64,000 nt of DNA from Candidatus Magasanikiibacteriota bacterium (GCA_021648085.1 JAKITS010000001.1:746759-810758); one strand, 5' to 3'; shown: positions 1 through 10,919, counted from the stretch's first letter. Notes: generated from the sequence alone by a model not told the origin. Numbers and translations: made by a program.

Positions 1-71
1 CAAAGAAAGATCACAACTTTTAGCTGATGTCAGGAAATTGGAAAAAGCTATCAGAATCGAAATCAAGTAAT

Positions 72-971
72 ATGAAAAAGAAAGTTTACCTACTCACAAC
101 CTGTAAACCTGAAAACTCTTCAGTAAGTACAAGAATCTTGGGAGAGTCTGCAAAAAAATTAAATATAGAACTAAAAACAATATATACTGAACATTGTCAT
201 TTAAAAATAGAAGATGGAAAACTTACCCTTTTTGAAAATGACAAAATACTAAAAGGAATAAAAAAAATATTATTCAGAAAAACTGTATCATCTACAAGTA
301 GTGTTTTCCACAAATCAATACTTCATCAATTTGAACTTAACGGTACAAAAGTTATAAACAGAATTCAAGGAATTTCTCAAACACGAGATCAATTTCACAC
401 ACTTCAAATATTGGCAAAATATAGCATACCAACACCAAAAAGTTTTCTTTTAGGATCTATAAAACAAATAGATTCTATCATAAAAGAAATTGGAAAACCG
501 CCCTATATTGTAAAAATTCTAGATAGCAAAAAAGGTAGAGGGGTTTTTATTTTGGAAAGTAAAAGAAGTCTAATTTCTTTTGCGAGTATAATAGTCGGTA
601 GCAGAGAATTTCCACCACTTTTAATTCAAGAATTTATAGCAGAAGCAAAAGGAAAAGATATAAGAGTTTTTATAATAGGAAACAAAGTCGTAGCTTCAAT
701 GGAAAGAAAAGCAATGAAAAAAGGAGAGTTTCGTTCAAATTATAAACTTGGTGGAAGTGTAAAAAAAATAAAAATTACAAAAGAAGAAGAAAAATTAGCA
801 TTAAAAGCGGCAAAAGTATGCGGGTTACAAATAGTAGGTGTAGATATTATAAGAAGCAAAAAGGGTCCACTAATAATAGAGTTAAACTCGAATCCAGGAC
901 TGGAAGGAATTACAAAAGCAACAGAAAAAGATATTGCTGGCGAGATTTTAAAATATGCAATAAATCGATAA
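72..971 (+). CDS. RimK-family ATP-grasp alpha-L-glutamate ligase
   Basis: ATP-grasp motifs LIQEFI, GKDIRVFIIG, FRSNYKLGG, GVDII and ELNSNPGLEG. Likely start is ATG at 72; the ORF is open from 27. Confidence 0.9.
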   Translation: MKKKVYLLTTCKPENSSVSTRILGESAKKLNIELKTIYTEHCHLKIEDGKLTLFENDKILKGIKKILFRKTVSSTSSVFHKSILHQFELNGTKVINRIQGISQTRDQFHTLQILAKYSIPTPKSFLLGSIKQIDSIIKEIGKPPYIVKILDSKKGRGVFILESKRSLISFASIIVGSREFPPLLIQEFIAEAKGKDIRVFIIGNKVVASMERKAMKKGEFRSNYKLGGSVKKIKITKEEEKLALKAAKVCGLQIVGVDIIRSKKGPLIIELNSNPGLEGITKATEKDIAGEILKYAINR

Positions 972-1053
972 TATTTAGTATATCGCCTAGTTTAATGAAT
1001 TAGTAAACTTTGTTTGCTTTGATAAATCTCTTCACTTAAATTAGAACAAAAAT

Positions 1054-1083
1054 AAAAAAAGAGTTTTAAAACTCTTTTTTTAT
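1054..1083. terminator. Bidirectional intrinsic terminator-like hairpin
   Basis: aaaaaaagagttttaaaactctttttttt between convergent genes. Confidence 0.55.
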
Positions 1084-1114
1084 TTTCTATCATCCTGAAT
1101 ATATGCCTGTCTAT

Positions 1115-1555
1115 TATTTTTAACTTGATCGGGGATCCAAGGTTTGCATAGTAATGTAATTATTATAGTTTATATATTTTTATATAAAATAATTCTAATT
1201 TATAGACTCTGAATTCCCGATCAGGGTCGGGAATGACAAAATAAAATACACGTCATATTGAGCGGAACGGAGTGGAGTCGAAATATCTCGGGATTGTATC
1301 ATTAGAACTTTGAGTATTTTGTGTTTTAATGATCCTGAATCGAGATCCTTCGGCTTCGCTCAGGATGACGTGATGGAAAACTCCCCTCAGGATGATGTGT
1401 GGGATTTTTGTCATTTTTAATTTGATTGAGGGTCCCAGCCTGCCGACGGGCAGGCAGGATTTATATTACAATGTAATTATTATAGTTTATATATTTTTAT
1501 ATAAAATAATTATATTTTGTAGACTCTGGATTCACAGTCAAGCTAGGAATGACAA
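1115..1555. repeat. Cluster of CGTC/TGTC-tagged REP doublets: family C at about 1115-1238 and 1410-1554, family A/B REPIN at 1251-1370
   Basis: cgtcatattgagcggaacggagtggagtcgaaatatctcg ... cgagatccttcggcttcgctcaggatgacg, plus attcccgatcagggtcgggaatgac. The 1085-1240 block recurs inverted at about 56535-56708. Confidence 0.9.
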
Positions 1556-1587
1556 ATATTAATTTAGTATAAATGAACCTTTATTTT

Positions 1588-4500
1588 TTAAATCCCCAAT
1601 TCACCAACCCATGAGAATGTTTCCTCAATGTTCTTCAAAATAACTTGGAACACACTTTCTTTTTGTTTTGGTGTTAGAATTGTGAATGTTCTTGATTTTG
1701 TTATGTTTCCAGTTGAGTCTTTGCTTTCTACTTGAAACTGGTAAACAGAGCCTGGTTCAAAATTTGTAAGAACCAGAACGTGCCTCTTTACATAATTTGG
1801 ATCTAGTGCTGTCTTACTTTTCAATGTGTCTGAAGTGCTAAATCCTTTTTGAAAATAAATCTGACTTGTTGACGGCTCATTTGTAGCCCAAGAAATCACA
1901 GCTTGAATTCTTTGATCATCTCCAGGCAGCATTGCAGAATCTGTTTGAACTTGTGAAATTATAGGTGCCATGTCTATATCAGTAGTAGAATATGTTGGGA
2001 TTACCTTTGAGACTATGTTTCCGGAAACATCTTTTCCAGAAAGTTCTATTTGATACACAATTCCCCCTTCAAAATCTCTGATCTCAATTTCGTGAATTGT
2101 TGTCATAGCTTTATCATCTTTTGAAACTGCCTCATCAAATGACAACACACCATCTCTATATGGAGTATATGTAACTTTTGAGTCTGCAATTACACTTGTC
2201 ACCCAATAAAAATTGGCTTGATCCATAGCGGAAGAGTCTATTCTATAATTTGTAATTTCCACCTCTTCTTGTCTTGTGATAAATATAAAATTTGGTGATT
2301 TTGAAAGAGGGCTTACTGGAGTTTTACTTTGCACTTGATAATTATAGGATGTTCCTGGACTTAGCTCATTTACTACCACAGTATGTTCTGTCACATCTGC
2401 ATCTGAATTACCTACAACCTGGCTATATTTTCCTGTATTCCCAAAAATATTAGATTGGGCAAAAGCTACCAAAGAATTAGAGTTTTTATCTGTTGTCCAC
2501 GAAATACGCGCAGAAGTTGCCCCCGCATCAACCACTGGCTGACCTCCGATAAGTGGTGACGGAATTAATCGCGCCAATTCTCGCAATGATTTATATTGTG
2601 TATTTACCTCCCTTTCAAGTGCTGCTACAGAAACTTGTGTTGCCATTTTTGCAATCAACTCACGAGTTCTTTGCAATAGGTTTGCAAATGAACTTTCAGA
2701 CGTGCCTTCATCGTCTATTTCTGCCAAATCTTCTTCCGACAAAAATGTTTTTGTCTCAAAAGTAAAATCTTCCGAATTTGTTCTATTTCCACCTGCATCT
2801 AATGTCGTCACACGGTAATGATATGTTGTTCCAGCAGACAAATGAAGTATTGTGACTTCATGATTAGTAACATTTGCAACAGAACCAGCAATACTTCCAT
2901 AAGAATCAGAAAGTCCAAACTCCACAATACTATCTCCAACCTCATCACTTTCCCAAGTCATTACAGCAGAATCCATTGTTATGTCTTTTACATTTATATT
3001 AAATATTGATGGTGGGATTGAATCTCCTCCTTGAATAATTATCATTCCTCCAGAAGATGCATTTGCCTGACCTGTCGCTTCTGCTGCTGCTTCTCTAATT
3101 TCTACAGCTGACTCTTCTGATAACAACTCCAAAGTTGTAAATGTATATTCTGTAGAAGTTGAAGTATTACCAGAACCATCTGTTGAAACAACAATATAGA
3201 AATAAGGTGTATCTACAGTAAGCCCTGTCAAAGTAACAGCATGATTTGTATTTAAATTGGAATTTTCTATTGTAATAGTATCGTACACTCCAGTTGCAAC
3301 CCCATATTGAACTTGCGATGTTGCCCCTTCGTTTGATGTCCAAGTAATTACAGCATCGTCGTCTGTGACGCCAATTGCGGTAATCGCTGTTAAAACTGGC
3401 GCGACCGTATCATTTGATGTAGTAAAAGAATAATAACTTCCGCCATTATTATCTACAGCAACACCAGAAACAACATAATAGTAATATGTTGTAGCCGCGA
3501 CAAGCCCAGTCACATTTGCGGTATGTTCTGTCACACTTTCAGAAACTGTAAGCTCTGTTGCCTCAGAAAGATCTGAATTTGTTGAATAAAATATAGAAGT
3601 ATTCGATGATTGATCTGTATTCCAAGTAATTGTAGCATTTGTGTTTAAAACTGTTTTAGTTGTTACAGCCGAGATAGAAGGTCCATCTACTGTTGTAAAT
3701 GAATAGCCATCTCCACCATTTACCTCTGTTCCTATATTTCCAGAAGGGTCTACCGATTTTGCTTGATAATAATAGGTAGTATTTGGAGTAAGCCCTGTTA
3801 TTGCAACCGAATGCTGATCTCCACTTGCAGAAACGCTATCCACCATAGTTGAAACACCCACAGAAGTTGTAAATGTAGCAGGAGTTGTAGAATAAGTAAT
3901 TGTAGAATCAGAAAGCTCATCTGTATCCCAAACTATAACTACAGATTGAGTGGACAGTGTGGAGGTTGTCACATTTGTAATGGTTGGAGATGTAGCATCA
4001 GAACCACCCTGCCCATTTGGTTGGTCGGACAAAACAGAAGAGAAAAAAGAAGCATTTCCATCATCATCTACTGTATTTGCTTTATAATAATATTCCGATG
4101 AGGAAACCAAACTACGATTAAAATAATAGTTTGTCGTTCTTGTGGTCACCTCTGTCAAAATAGAAAAGTCTGTACCATTTGTCGATTGCCACACTTGATA
4201 CCTATTAAATGGTTCAGATACAGTTCTCCATGCAAAGAAATGTTGATATTCATCTGTACTTACATTTGAAAGATCTCTCAAAATAATTAGCTCTGGTGTC
4301 TCGGCAGTTGATGCACTTGCAGAATATGTGTTTTGATAAGCATCTTTAAATCTCACATATCCTGTGTCTGGGTCTGTCACAAATGATAATGATGATGTTG
4401 TGTTGTAGTCAGTGTAGCTACTACAATCTGAATAATCGCTTTGGATAGTCACGCACATTTGCAAACCAGCGCTATCATCTGATCCTGAAAGTGTTACCAA

Positions 4501-7500
4501 TGCTGGTGTGGATGTAGCCTCCACATATATTGGAATAATACCTGGAGTTGGATCTTTTACATCCACAGTAAAGACAGTAGACGAGCTAAGTGCTGTATTA
4601 TTTGCACCTTCTCCATCGTTTATTGTCACGCGAATTGCAAATGTTGTGGAGTATGTCCCATCTATTTGAGCTTTTGAATTCCATGTTGGGGTATATGTTG
4701 TATAGTTGGTAGTTGTAACAGTTTTTGTAGATGTTGCATTTGCAGAAAGTCCGGTGGTAATTGGAGTCCAATTGTTTCCACTATCTGTAGAATAATGAAA
4801 AGACGGTGTAACACATTCAGCACAGTTTACACCACTTGATGCAGTGTCAGTATCACGAACAGAATATGCTATGTTTATATAACCAGTACTTGTAGCCTGT
4901 ACAGCAGTAATTGTGCTTTCAAAATTTGGAGCATCATTTACCACATATGTCATATTTAAATCTGAAAGTATTGGCACATTTATTCCATCGGAAGTTAAGA
5001 TAGCCTTATACTGAACCCACTGATCATTTACTCCATCTGTATTTGTGCTGTTTATTGTGTGTCCGCCAGCAGGAGTAGAATAATAATCTGCATCACTAGT
5101 TGGGCCCAACCAAGAAGTCCATGTTCCGGGAGAGCCACTAGAATCTGGTGCTGTACGAAGTTGAAACCTCACATTTGAACCTGTTGGTTTTGTCTCTATC
5201 CAAGACATATCACCCATTACATTTGCAGAGCTTCCAGTGTCATAAGCAGAAGATATTAGGCTTTGATTTGTGAGTGGATAGCTTTGGTGAACTATTGTGA
5301 TATCTTCTATTGTTGGTGTTGCGTCCACATCGCTTGATGTTAGAATAGCTTGGTATTGCACATACCTATTCGTATCCGATACACAAGTAGCGTCATCTGT
5401 GATGTCTGTGCCAGAACTTAGAGAAGTACATGTTCCCCACTCTCCTGCTCCGCTCATACCAGAATCATCAGATGTTCTGGCTTTTACTGTTAGAGTTGTA
5501 TTTGATGGGAGAGCACCATTCCAAGAAAGTGCGCCAAAAGAAACATTTGCAGTTGTATCTATTATTGAGGAGGTGAAAGTTCCTGAAGTTTTGTAATTTT
5601 GTACTTTTATTATATCTAAATAGCTAGTACTGTTTTTTGAATTGTACACATAAAGATAATTATCCAACACAAAGACATCTGAAAGAGTATTGTACGATCT
5701 ATTTGAAGCGTGAGTTATATTAGCAGGATCAGATATGTTTATTACAGCAAACTCTTTTGAACTTGATAAATAAGCGTAATCTCCAGAAACTGAAATATTT
5801 CTAACCACTACTCCAATATTTATAGAATCAGATAGTGTTGGTGCAGTAGAGCTAGAAACATCTACAACATATAATCCATTTACCCCACAAGCAAGGTAAG
5901 CATAATTTCCTATCACACTCAAATCATAAACATTACTTCCACAAGCAGTATATGAACCAACAATTGATGGTGCAGTAGAGCTAGAAACATCTATTATTTG
6001 AAGTCCTCCCGTATTATCATCTGCTACATATGCAATTGTGCCAGAAACCACAACAGCATACGCAAGACCTGGTGTATCTTGTGTCGCCAAAAGAGTTGGT
6101 GCAGTAGAGCTAGAAACATCTATTAAATGAAGCCCTGCAGAAAAATCTGCCACATATGCAATTGTGCCAGAGACAAAAATATCATAAGCATAATTAGTTG
6201 TATTATAAGTTCCCAAAATAACAGGTGCCGTAGAGCTAGAGACATCTACTATTTTAAGACCAGAACTTCTTGCAGCTACATATGCAATTGAACCAGAGAC
6301 AAAAACATTGTTTGTGCTATCTCCCATTGTTGCTGTAGTCCCCAAAACAACCGGTGAATTAGGATTAGAAATATCTACTATTTTCATCTTATTAAAAGTA
6401 CTTTGCACAACATATGCCAAGTCTCCAGAAACAAAAAGTTCTCCAGAATAATTATCTTCAAAATTAACACTTCCTGTTTTACTTAAAGATGTAAAACTAG
6501 ACACATCTAAAATACTTAAAGTACCATAAGAGGTACTTCCCAAATATACAATATCATTAAAAACATTTAAATATCTTATCGAATAAAAAGACATATTTCT
6601 TGCTATTACAATAGGATTGGTAGAGCTAGAAACATCAATTATTATTACACCTCCATCAGTACCACTATCTTCTGCAAGATAGACATTTGTACCAACCAAA
6701 TCTAAACTGTAAGAACTTCCTTCAACAACATCAAAAGTAGTCGAAAGATTAATATTAGTAGAACTGGCAATATCTACAATTTTTAAACCATTTGTATAAT
6801 CTGCCACATAAGCAATAGTATTAGAAACAACAACATCATAAGCCCTGGTCATAGCTAAACTATCTAAAACTGTTGGGTTTGTAGAGCTAGACACATCTAT
6901 AGTTCTAATATTATAATAATCTGCTAAATATGCAACTGTACCAGAAACAGTGACGGAGTAAGCTATACCAGAATCTAGATAAGTTCCAATAATATTGGGA
7001 GTAGTAGGGTTAGAAATATCTATTATCCTTAAGCCGCCAGTACTATCTGCAACATAAGCGATAGTACCAGAGACAAAAACATCTTGAGCACCAACAGTTG
7101 CAACACTACCGATAATAGAAGCTGTTGCGTAATTAGCTACATCTATAATAACTAAACCGTCTGTTCCAGCAGCCACATAAGCCAAAGTACCCACAAGTTC
7201 AACACCATACCCCTTATTTGTAAGTGTTATACTTTTCAAAATATTAGGATTATAAGGATCTGTCACATCTAATATTCTAAAATCTCCACTACCGTCTGCC
7301 AAATATGCGAGTGTGCCTGATACAAAAATATCATATGGACCTGAGACAGGAAAATATGTATTAGAAGACCTGTCGGATAAATCCGTAAAACTTATATCTG
7401 TTCCTAAATTTAAAGTATCATTAGACGCAGTGGTAGAAGAGTGAGTCCCACCATCAAAATCTGCGTTTGATGTTTGTGTGTTGTTTGTGTCTGCTAGACT

Positions 7501-8508
7501 TAGTGTAAGCTCTGTTCCTGTTGATATTGAACTAGAAGCAGAATCATAAAGTGTCCAACCTGTTTTGTTTGTTGGGTGTACTCCTGTTGCGGTAGTACTC
7601 GCTGCTGTCCATTCTGTCTGCACAAAATCATAAGTAGCAGCCCAAATTGGTGGTGCTTTGTCTACAAAATAAATAGTGGCTTGAATCATAACTACAAGAA
7701 AGAATACCCAAGAAACAAAAGCAACTCGCAAAGGGTGAAACTTCTTTGATATAAATATTTCTTTTAAGTTTGTCCAAAGATTTACATTGCCTTTAAAGAA
7801 GTTTGGTGTGAAAAAATGAAGGATAAACAAAGGAAAAAATACAATACTTTTCAAATAGTGCACCAATACACTTGTCCTAACTCCTAGAACTTCTTGGTTT
7901 GGTCTCACCGCATATTTCTTCGCCAAATTTCTGAGTTTCTTTTTTCTGTCCTTTTTTGAAACTATTTCATGATTTTGAGAACCATCCCATCTTCGAACAA
8001 TCCCCTCTTTAATCACGTCATCCTGAGCGAAGTCGAAGGATCTCGCTTTTGTATCACAAGACTTTGAATATTCACAATTCTGGTTATTCTTTTTCGAGAT
8101 ATTTCGACTTCGTTTCACTACGCTCAATATGACGTGTTTTTTACCGCCATTCTTTGATTTAAAAATGTTCAAGCGATTCCTAACTTCGTTCGAAATGACA
8201 GAAATAAAACTTACTTTTGTATCACCATTCTTCCCGTCATCCTGAGCGGAATGGAACGAAGCGGAATGCAATCGAACGGATCTCGCTTTTGTATCACAAG
8301 ACTTTGAATATTCACAATTCTGGTTATTCTTTTTCGAGATATTTCGACTTCGTTTCACTACGCTCAATATGACGTGTTTTTTATTACTTCTTTTTTTCTT
8401 TGTTTTTGAAAGAAAATTTATATCATTCCTTTTTCTTTTTCCAAAACCAAAAGAACCACCAAGTTTCCTTAGGTATTTTTGTACTTTTTTATTTATTTTA
8501 TGAAGCAC
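1588..8508 (-). CDS. Giant membrane-anchored surface protein with LVIVD repeats and multiple fibronectin-III/purple-acid-phosphatase-N-like domains
   Basis: More than 10 repeats of V.VSG.IAYVAD...GL.IIDVS..T.P, and repeated I.W.TDE.S.S.V.Y...H.V.ITGL.P.T.YYY. Hydrophobic segment near aa 260-282. The N-terminus contains translated REP sequence and the start (GTG) is uncertain. Confidence 0.85.
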   Translation of the reverse strand: MLHKINKKVQKYLRKLGGSFGFGKRKRNDINFLSKTKKKRSNKKHVILSVVKRSRNISKKNNQNCEYSKSCDTKARSVRLHSASFHSAQDDGKNGDTKVSFISVISNEVRNRLNIFKSKNGGKKHVILSVVKRSRNISKKNNQNCEYSKSCDTKARSFDFAQDDVIKEGIVRRWDGSQNHEIVSKKDRKKKLRNLAKKYAVRPNQEVLGVRTSVLVHYLKSIVFFPLFILHFFTPNFFKGNVNLWTNLKEIFISKKFHPLRVAFVSWVFFLVVMIQATIYFVDKAPPIWAATYDFVQTEWTAASTTATGVHPTNKTGWTLYDSASSSISTGTELTLSLADTNNTQTSNADFDGGTHSSTTASNDTLNLGTDISFTDLSDRSSNTYFPVSGPYDIFVSGTLAYLADGSGDFRILDVTDPYNPNILKSITLTNKGYGVELVGTLAYVAAGTDGLVIIDVANYATASIIGSVATVGAQDVFVSGTIAYVADSTGGLRIIDISNPTTPNIIGTYLDSGIAYSVTVSGTVAYLADYYNIRTIDVSSSTNPTVLDSLAMTRAYDVVVSNTIAYVADYTNGLKIVDIASSTNINLSTTFDVVEGSSYSLDLVGTNVYLAEDSGTDGGVIIIDVSSSTNPIVIARNMSFYSIRYLNVFNDIVYLGSTSYGTLSILDVSSFTSLSKTGSVNFEDNYSGELFVSGDLAYVVQSTFNKMKIVDISNPNSPVVLGTTATMGDSTNNVFVSGSIAYVAARSSGLKIVDVSSSTAPVILGTYNTTNYAYDIFVSGTIAYVADFSAGLHLIDVSSSTAPTLLATQDTPGLAYAVVVSGTIAYVADDNTGGLQIIDVSSSTAPSIVGSYTACGSNVYDLSVIGNYAYLACGVNGLYVVDVSSSTAPTLSDSINIGVVVRNISVSGDYAYLSSSKEFAVINISDPANITHASNRSYNTLSDVFVLDNYLYVYNSKNSTSYLDIIKVQNYKTSGTFTSSIIDTTANVSFGALSWNGALPSNTTLTVKARTSDDSGMSGAGEWGTCTSLSSGTDITDDATCVSDTNRYVQYQAILTSSDVDATPTIEDITIVHQSYPLTNQSLISSAYDTGSSANVMGDMSWIETKPTGSNVRFQLRTAPDSSGSPGTWTSWLGPTSDADYYSTPAGGHTINSTNTDGVNDQWVQYKAILTSDGINVPILSDLNMTYVVNDAPNFESTITAVQATSTGYINIAYSVRDTDTASSGVNCAECVTPSFHYSTDSGNNWTPITTGLSANATSTKTVTTTNYTTYTPTWNSKAQIDGTYSTTFAIRVTINDGEGANNTALSSSTVFTVDVKDPTPGIIPIYVEATSTPALVTLSGSDDSAGLQMCVTIQSDYSDCSSYTDYNTTSSLSFVTDPDTGYVRFKDAYQNTYSASASTAETPELIILRDLSNVSTDEYQHFFAWRTVSEPFNRYQVWQSTNGTDFSILTEVTTRTTNYYFNRSLVSSSEYYYKANTVDDDGNASFFSSVLSDQPNGQGGSDATSPTITNVTTSTLSTQSVVIVWDTDELSDSTITYSTTPATFTTSVGVSTMVDSVSASGDQHSVAITGLTPNTTYYYQAKSVDPSGNIGTEVNGGDGYSFTTVDGPSISAVTTKTVLNTNATITWNTDQSSNTSIFYSTNSDLSEATELTVSESVTEHTANVTGLVAATTYYYYVVSGVAVDNNGGSYYSFTTSNDTVAPVLTAITAIGVTDDDAVITWTSNEGATSQVQYGVATGVYDTITIENSNLNTNHAVTLTGLTVDTPYFYIVVSTDGSGNTSTSTEYTFTTLELLSEESAVEIREAAAEATGQANASSGGMIIIQGGDSIPPSIFNINVKDITMDSAVMTWESDEVGDSIVEFGLSDSYGSIAGSVANVTNHEVTILHLSAGTTYHYRVTTLDAGGNRTNSEDFTFETKTFLSEEDLAEIDDEGTSESSFANLLQRTRELIAKMATQVSVAALEREVNTQYKSLRELARLIPSPLIGGQPVVDAGATSARISWTTDKNSNSLVAFAQSNIFGNTGKYSQVVGNSDADVTEHTVVVNELSPGTSYNYQVQSKTPVSPLSKSPNFIFITRQEEVEITNYRIDSSAMDQANFYWVTSVIADSKVTYTPYRDGVLSFDEAVSKDDKAMTTIHEIEIRDFEGGIVYQIELSGKDVSGNIVSKVIPTYSTTDIDMAPIISQVQTDSAMLPGDDQRIQAVISWATNEPSTSQIYFQKGFSTSDTLKSKTALDPNYVKRHVLVLTNFEPGSVYQFQVESKDSTGNITKSRTFTILTPKQKESVFQVILKNIEETFSWVGELGI
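8016..8374 (-). repeat. Two intragenic REPIN copies (8016-8134, 8235-8374) plus a family D half-site (about 8173-8200)
   Basis: About 105 bp are identical at an offset of 240 bp. The peptide HVILSVVKRSRNISKKNNQNCEYSKSCDTKARS occurs twice. Confidence 0.9.
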
Positions 8509-8567
8509 AATTCTTTTAGTTTATTTCCAAATATAAACAAATCGCCTCTGTTTAGAGCCATGTAAAT

Positions 8568-8621
8568 ATTATACCATTTTTTGAGCCTTTTTTTAAGACG
8601 CTTTCACGATAGTTATCCACA
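8568..8621 (-). promoter_or_regulatory. Extended -10 element (TGGTATAAT) and an upstream perfect DnaA box
   Basis: attatacca at 8568-8576; ttatccaca at 8613-8621. Confidence 0.5.
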
Positions 8622-8768
8622 TTTTTTACAATAAAAAATAACTCTTTTAAAAAGTTATTTTTTATTTTTATTTTAAACCCGTTTCTTATCACCAACAACT
8701 CATTTTTCTATTATGTTTAAACATTTTTATCTGTTTAATTCACTATTTTTTGTTTTGTGATACTTTCA

Positions 8769-8885
8769 CGAGATCCTTCGGCTTCGCTCAGGATGATGTG
8801 TGAGTATTTTATGCTTCGATCAGGATAACGTGTTTTTTTATTCACATCATATTGAGTGGAGTGAAACGGAGTCGAAATATCTCGT
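8769..8885. repeat. REP half-sites (B, then A)
   Basis: cgagatccttcggcttcgctcaggatga and catcatattgagtggagtgaaacggagtcgaaatatctcg. Confidence 0.85.
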
Positions 8886-8957
8886 GTTTGTTTCACTATT
8901 TATATTTTATCTTTTTTTTCATTACTTAATCTACTTATTCCGCACAACTTACTTCTT

Positions 8958-9632
8958 TTATTTATTCCCCGCATCAATTTGACCTTGATAAAAATCAATT
9001 TTCCCTTGTATTTTTTCTACAGTTGGACGCTCTTCTATTTCTGCAAAACCTTTTTTAAAAAAATCAATTTCTACATCAATTTCCTCTACCCATTTTGATC
9101 CCGCTTTTTTTAATCCTCGCAATTCTTCTATTTTCTGTGTCATTTCTTCTTGCTCACTTTCCAGTTTTTCTACCAATTTTCTGTATTCATCTTTTTTTTC
9201 ATTTTGTGCCAAATCCAAAATATATTCTTTCAGTTTACTGTTTGCTTCCACTTCTGCTTTTTCTATTTCCAAATCCTCTTCCACAGAAAAATAATTTTCA
9301 TATTTATCCCCTTCTCTATAATTATGCATTTCTCCACCTTCAGACTCAAACCTATTCCACTTTTCCTTTAAGTTTTCTGGCAGTAAATCTAGAAAAAAAC
9401 CTTTTCTTTTTTCTTCTCCATAAAGCTCCAAAAATTTATTTTGCGCCTGCATAAATGGCCAAACTTTTTTTCCATAACTTATCATAGAAAACTCTACTTG
9501 CTCTGGAGTTTGTGCTTCTTTTTCCAAACGCTTATAGTCTTTCTGCCCTTCTGTAAAAACAGCAACAGGCAATCCAGCCGGTTTTTGGTCTAACAATAAT
9601 TTATATAAATCTAATGAATATTTCGGTACCAT
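8958..9632 (-). CDS. Hypothetical helical/coiled-coil protein, paralogue of the adjacent gene
   Basis: 224-aa ORF sharing a YGKKVWPF / FFLDLL..LKEKW / FSVEE pattern with 9635..10336. Confidence 0.8.
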   Translation of the reverse strand: MVPKYSLDLYKLLLDQKPAGLPVAVFTEGQKDYKRLEKEAQTPEQVEFSMISYGKKVWPFMQAQNKFLELYGEEKRKGFFLDLLPENLKEKWNRFESEGGEMHNYREGDKYENYFSVEEDLEIEKAEVEANSKLKEYILDLAQNEKKDEYRKLVEKLESEQEEMTQKIEELRGLKKAGSKWVEEIDVEIDFFKKGFAEIEERPTVEKIQGKIDFYQGQIDAGNK

Positions 9633-9634
9633 AT

Positions 9635-10336
9635 TTATCTATTAAAAATTTGTTTTTCTTTTTTTCTATTGCAAAAATGTTCTTCTGCTCCAAATACTTC
9701 TCTATAATCTAACTCTGGTGCAAACCTGCACAATGAATTTTCAAAATACTGAACTTTTGAAATTATTTCTTCACTCAAACTTGGACAATCTTTCTCGTTT
9801 TCTTCTGCCATTTTTCTCAATTTTTCCAAAGTTTTATCCACCTCTTTCAAAATTTTACGATATTTTTCTATATTTTTTCTATATTTTTTATCTGAGGTGC
9901 TATAAATAGACTGTTTCGTAAATTTTTTAATATCCCCACCAACTTCTACCAAAAACTCATTCAAAAGTCTGCGTTCTTCATAAGAAAAATCCTCTATTCC
10001 TCTTCCTTTTTTAATATCGCTGAAGGTTTTTCCACTGTGTTTATAATCTCTATATTTAGATTTTAAATTATTTTCCAATTTGTCCACAAAAAAACCTTCT
10101 CCCAAATTTTTATGGTGCTCACCTATCAAATCATAAAAAGACCTCCAAAAAGGCCACAGATATCTACCAAAAAAAATAGCTATTTGCTCCAATTCTTGCA
10201 AATCAGCCTCATTTTTTCTAGCACTTTTTAAAACCTGCCCCATCCTATCCTCCACCTCGACAGGAACCATTGGTGGCAAATCATTATAAAAAAGCTCCAA
10301 CAAGTTCAAAGTATGTTGTGAATTAAAATTATTCAT
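9635..10336 (-). CDS. Hypothetical helical protein
   Basis: 233-aa ORF with operon-like spacing; FGRYLWPF / FFVDKL..LKSKY / FSYEE. Confidence 0.8.
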   Translation of the reverse strand: MNNFNSQHTLNLLELFYNDLPPMVPVEVEDRMGQVLKSARKNEADLQELEQIAIFFGRYLWPFWRSFYDLIGEHHKNLGEGFFVDKLENNLKSKYRDYKHSGKTFSDIKKGRGIEDFSYEERRLLNEFLVEVGGDIKKFTKQSIYSTSDKKYRKNIEKYRKILKEVDKTLEKLRKMAEENEKDCPSLSEEIISKVQYFENSLCRFAPELDYREVFGAEEHFCNRKKEKQIFNR

Positions 10337-10374
10337 ATAACTATTATATCACTAATTTTAAATTCAAAAAAATA

Positions 10375-10833
10375 TTAATTAATCTGACTAGCTATTTCAT
10401 ACATTGCAATCCCAGCAGCAACACTTACATTTAGACTTTCTTTTCTACCTTGCATATTTATATGAACCACTTCGTCACACATTTTCAAAATTTCAGGATT
10501 TACTCCATCCACTTCATTCCCTACCACAAGTGCAATTGGCCCGCTAAATTTTGCTTTTTGAAGAAGTACGCTTTTTTCACTTTGCTCCAAGGCAACGATT
10601 TTTACACCTTTCTTTTTTAAAATATTTATACAACGCTTCGCGCTTTTGTAATGTTTCCATTTCATCCATTTTTCTGCACCCAAAGAAACCTTGTCTATTT
10701 GTGGTTTTGGAGGACAAGCTGTATATCCACACAAAAAAAGTTTGGAAACACCAAAAGCGTCCGCAGTCCGAAACATTGCACCCACATTGTGGCACGACCT
10801 TATGTTTGGCAAAATTAAATAAAATTTATTCAT
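10375..10833 (-). CDS. TrmH/SpoU-family RNA methyltransferase
   Basis: NIRS.HNVGAMFRTADAFG, GNEVDG and ESLNVSVAAGI SPOUT motifs. Confidence 0.93.
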   Translation of the reverse strand: MNKFYLILPNIRSCHNVGAMFRTADAFGVSKLFLCGYTACPPKPQIDKVSLGAEKWMKWKHYKSAKRCINILKKKGVKIVALEQSEKSVLLQKAKFSGPIALVVGNEVDGVNPEILKMCDEVVHINMQGRKESLNVSVAAGIAMYEIASQIN

Positions 10834-10867
10834 ATCTAAACATTAAACCATAAAAAAGACAAAAAAT

Positions 10868-10894
10868 AAAGAGCCACATAGCTTGTGACTCTTT
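10868..10894. terminator. Terminator-like hairpin
   Basis: aaagagccaca-tagct-tgtgactcttt downstream of 10920..11228. Confidence 0.55.
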
Positions 10895-10919
10895 CGGATA
10901 ATATTTAAATCAAAAGATA

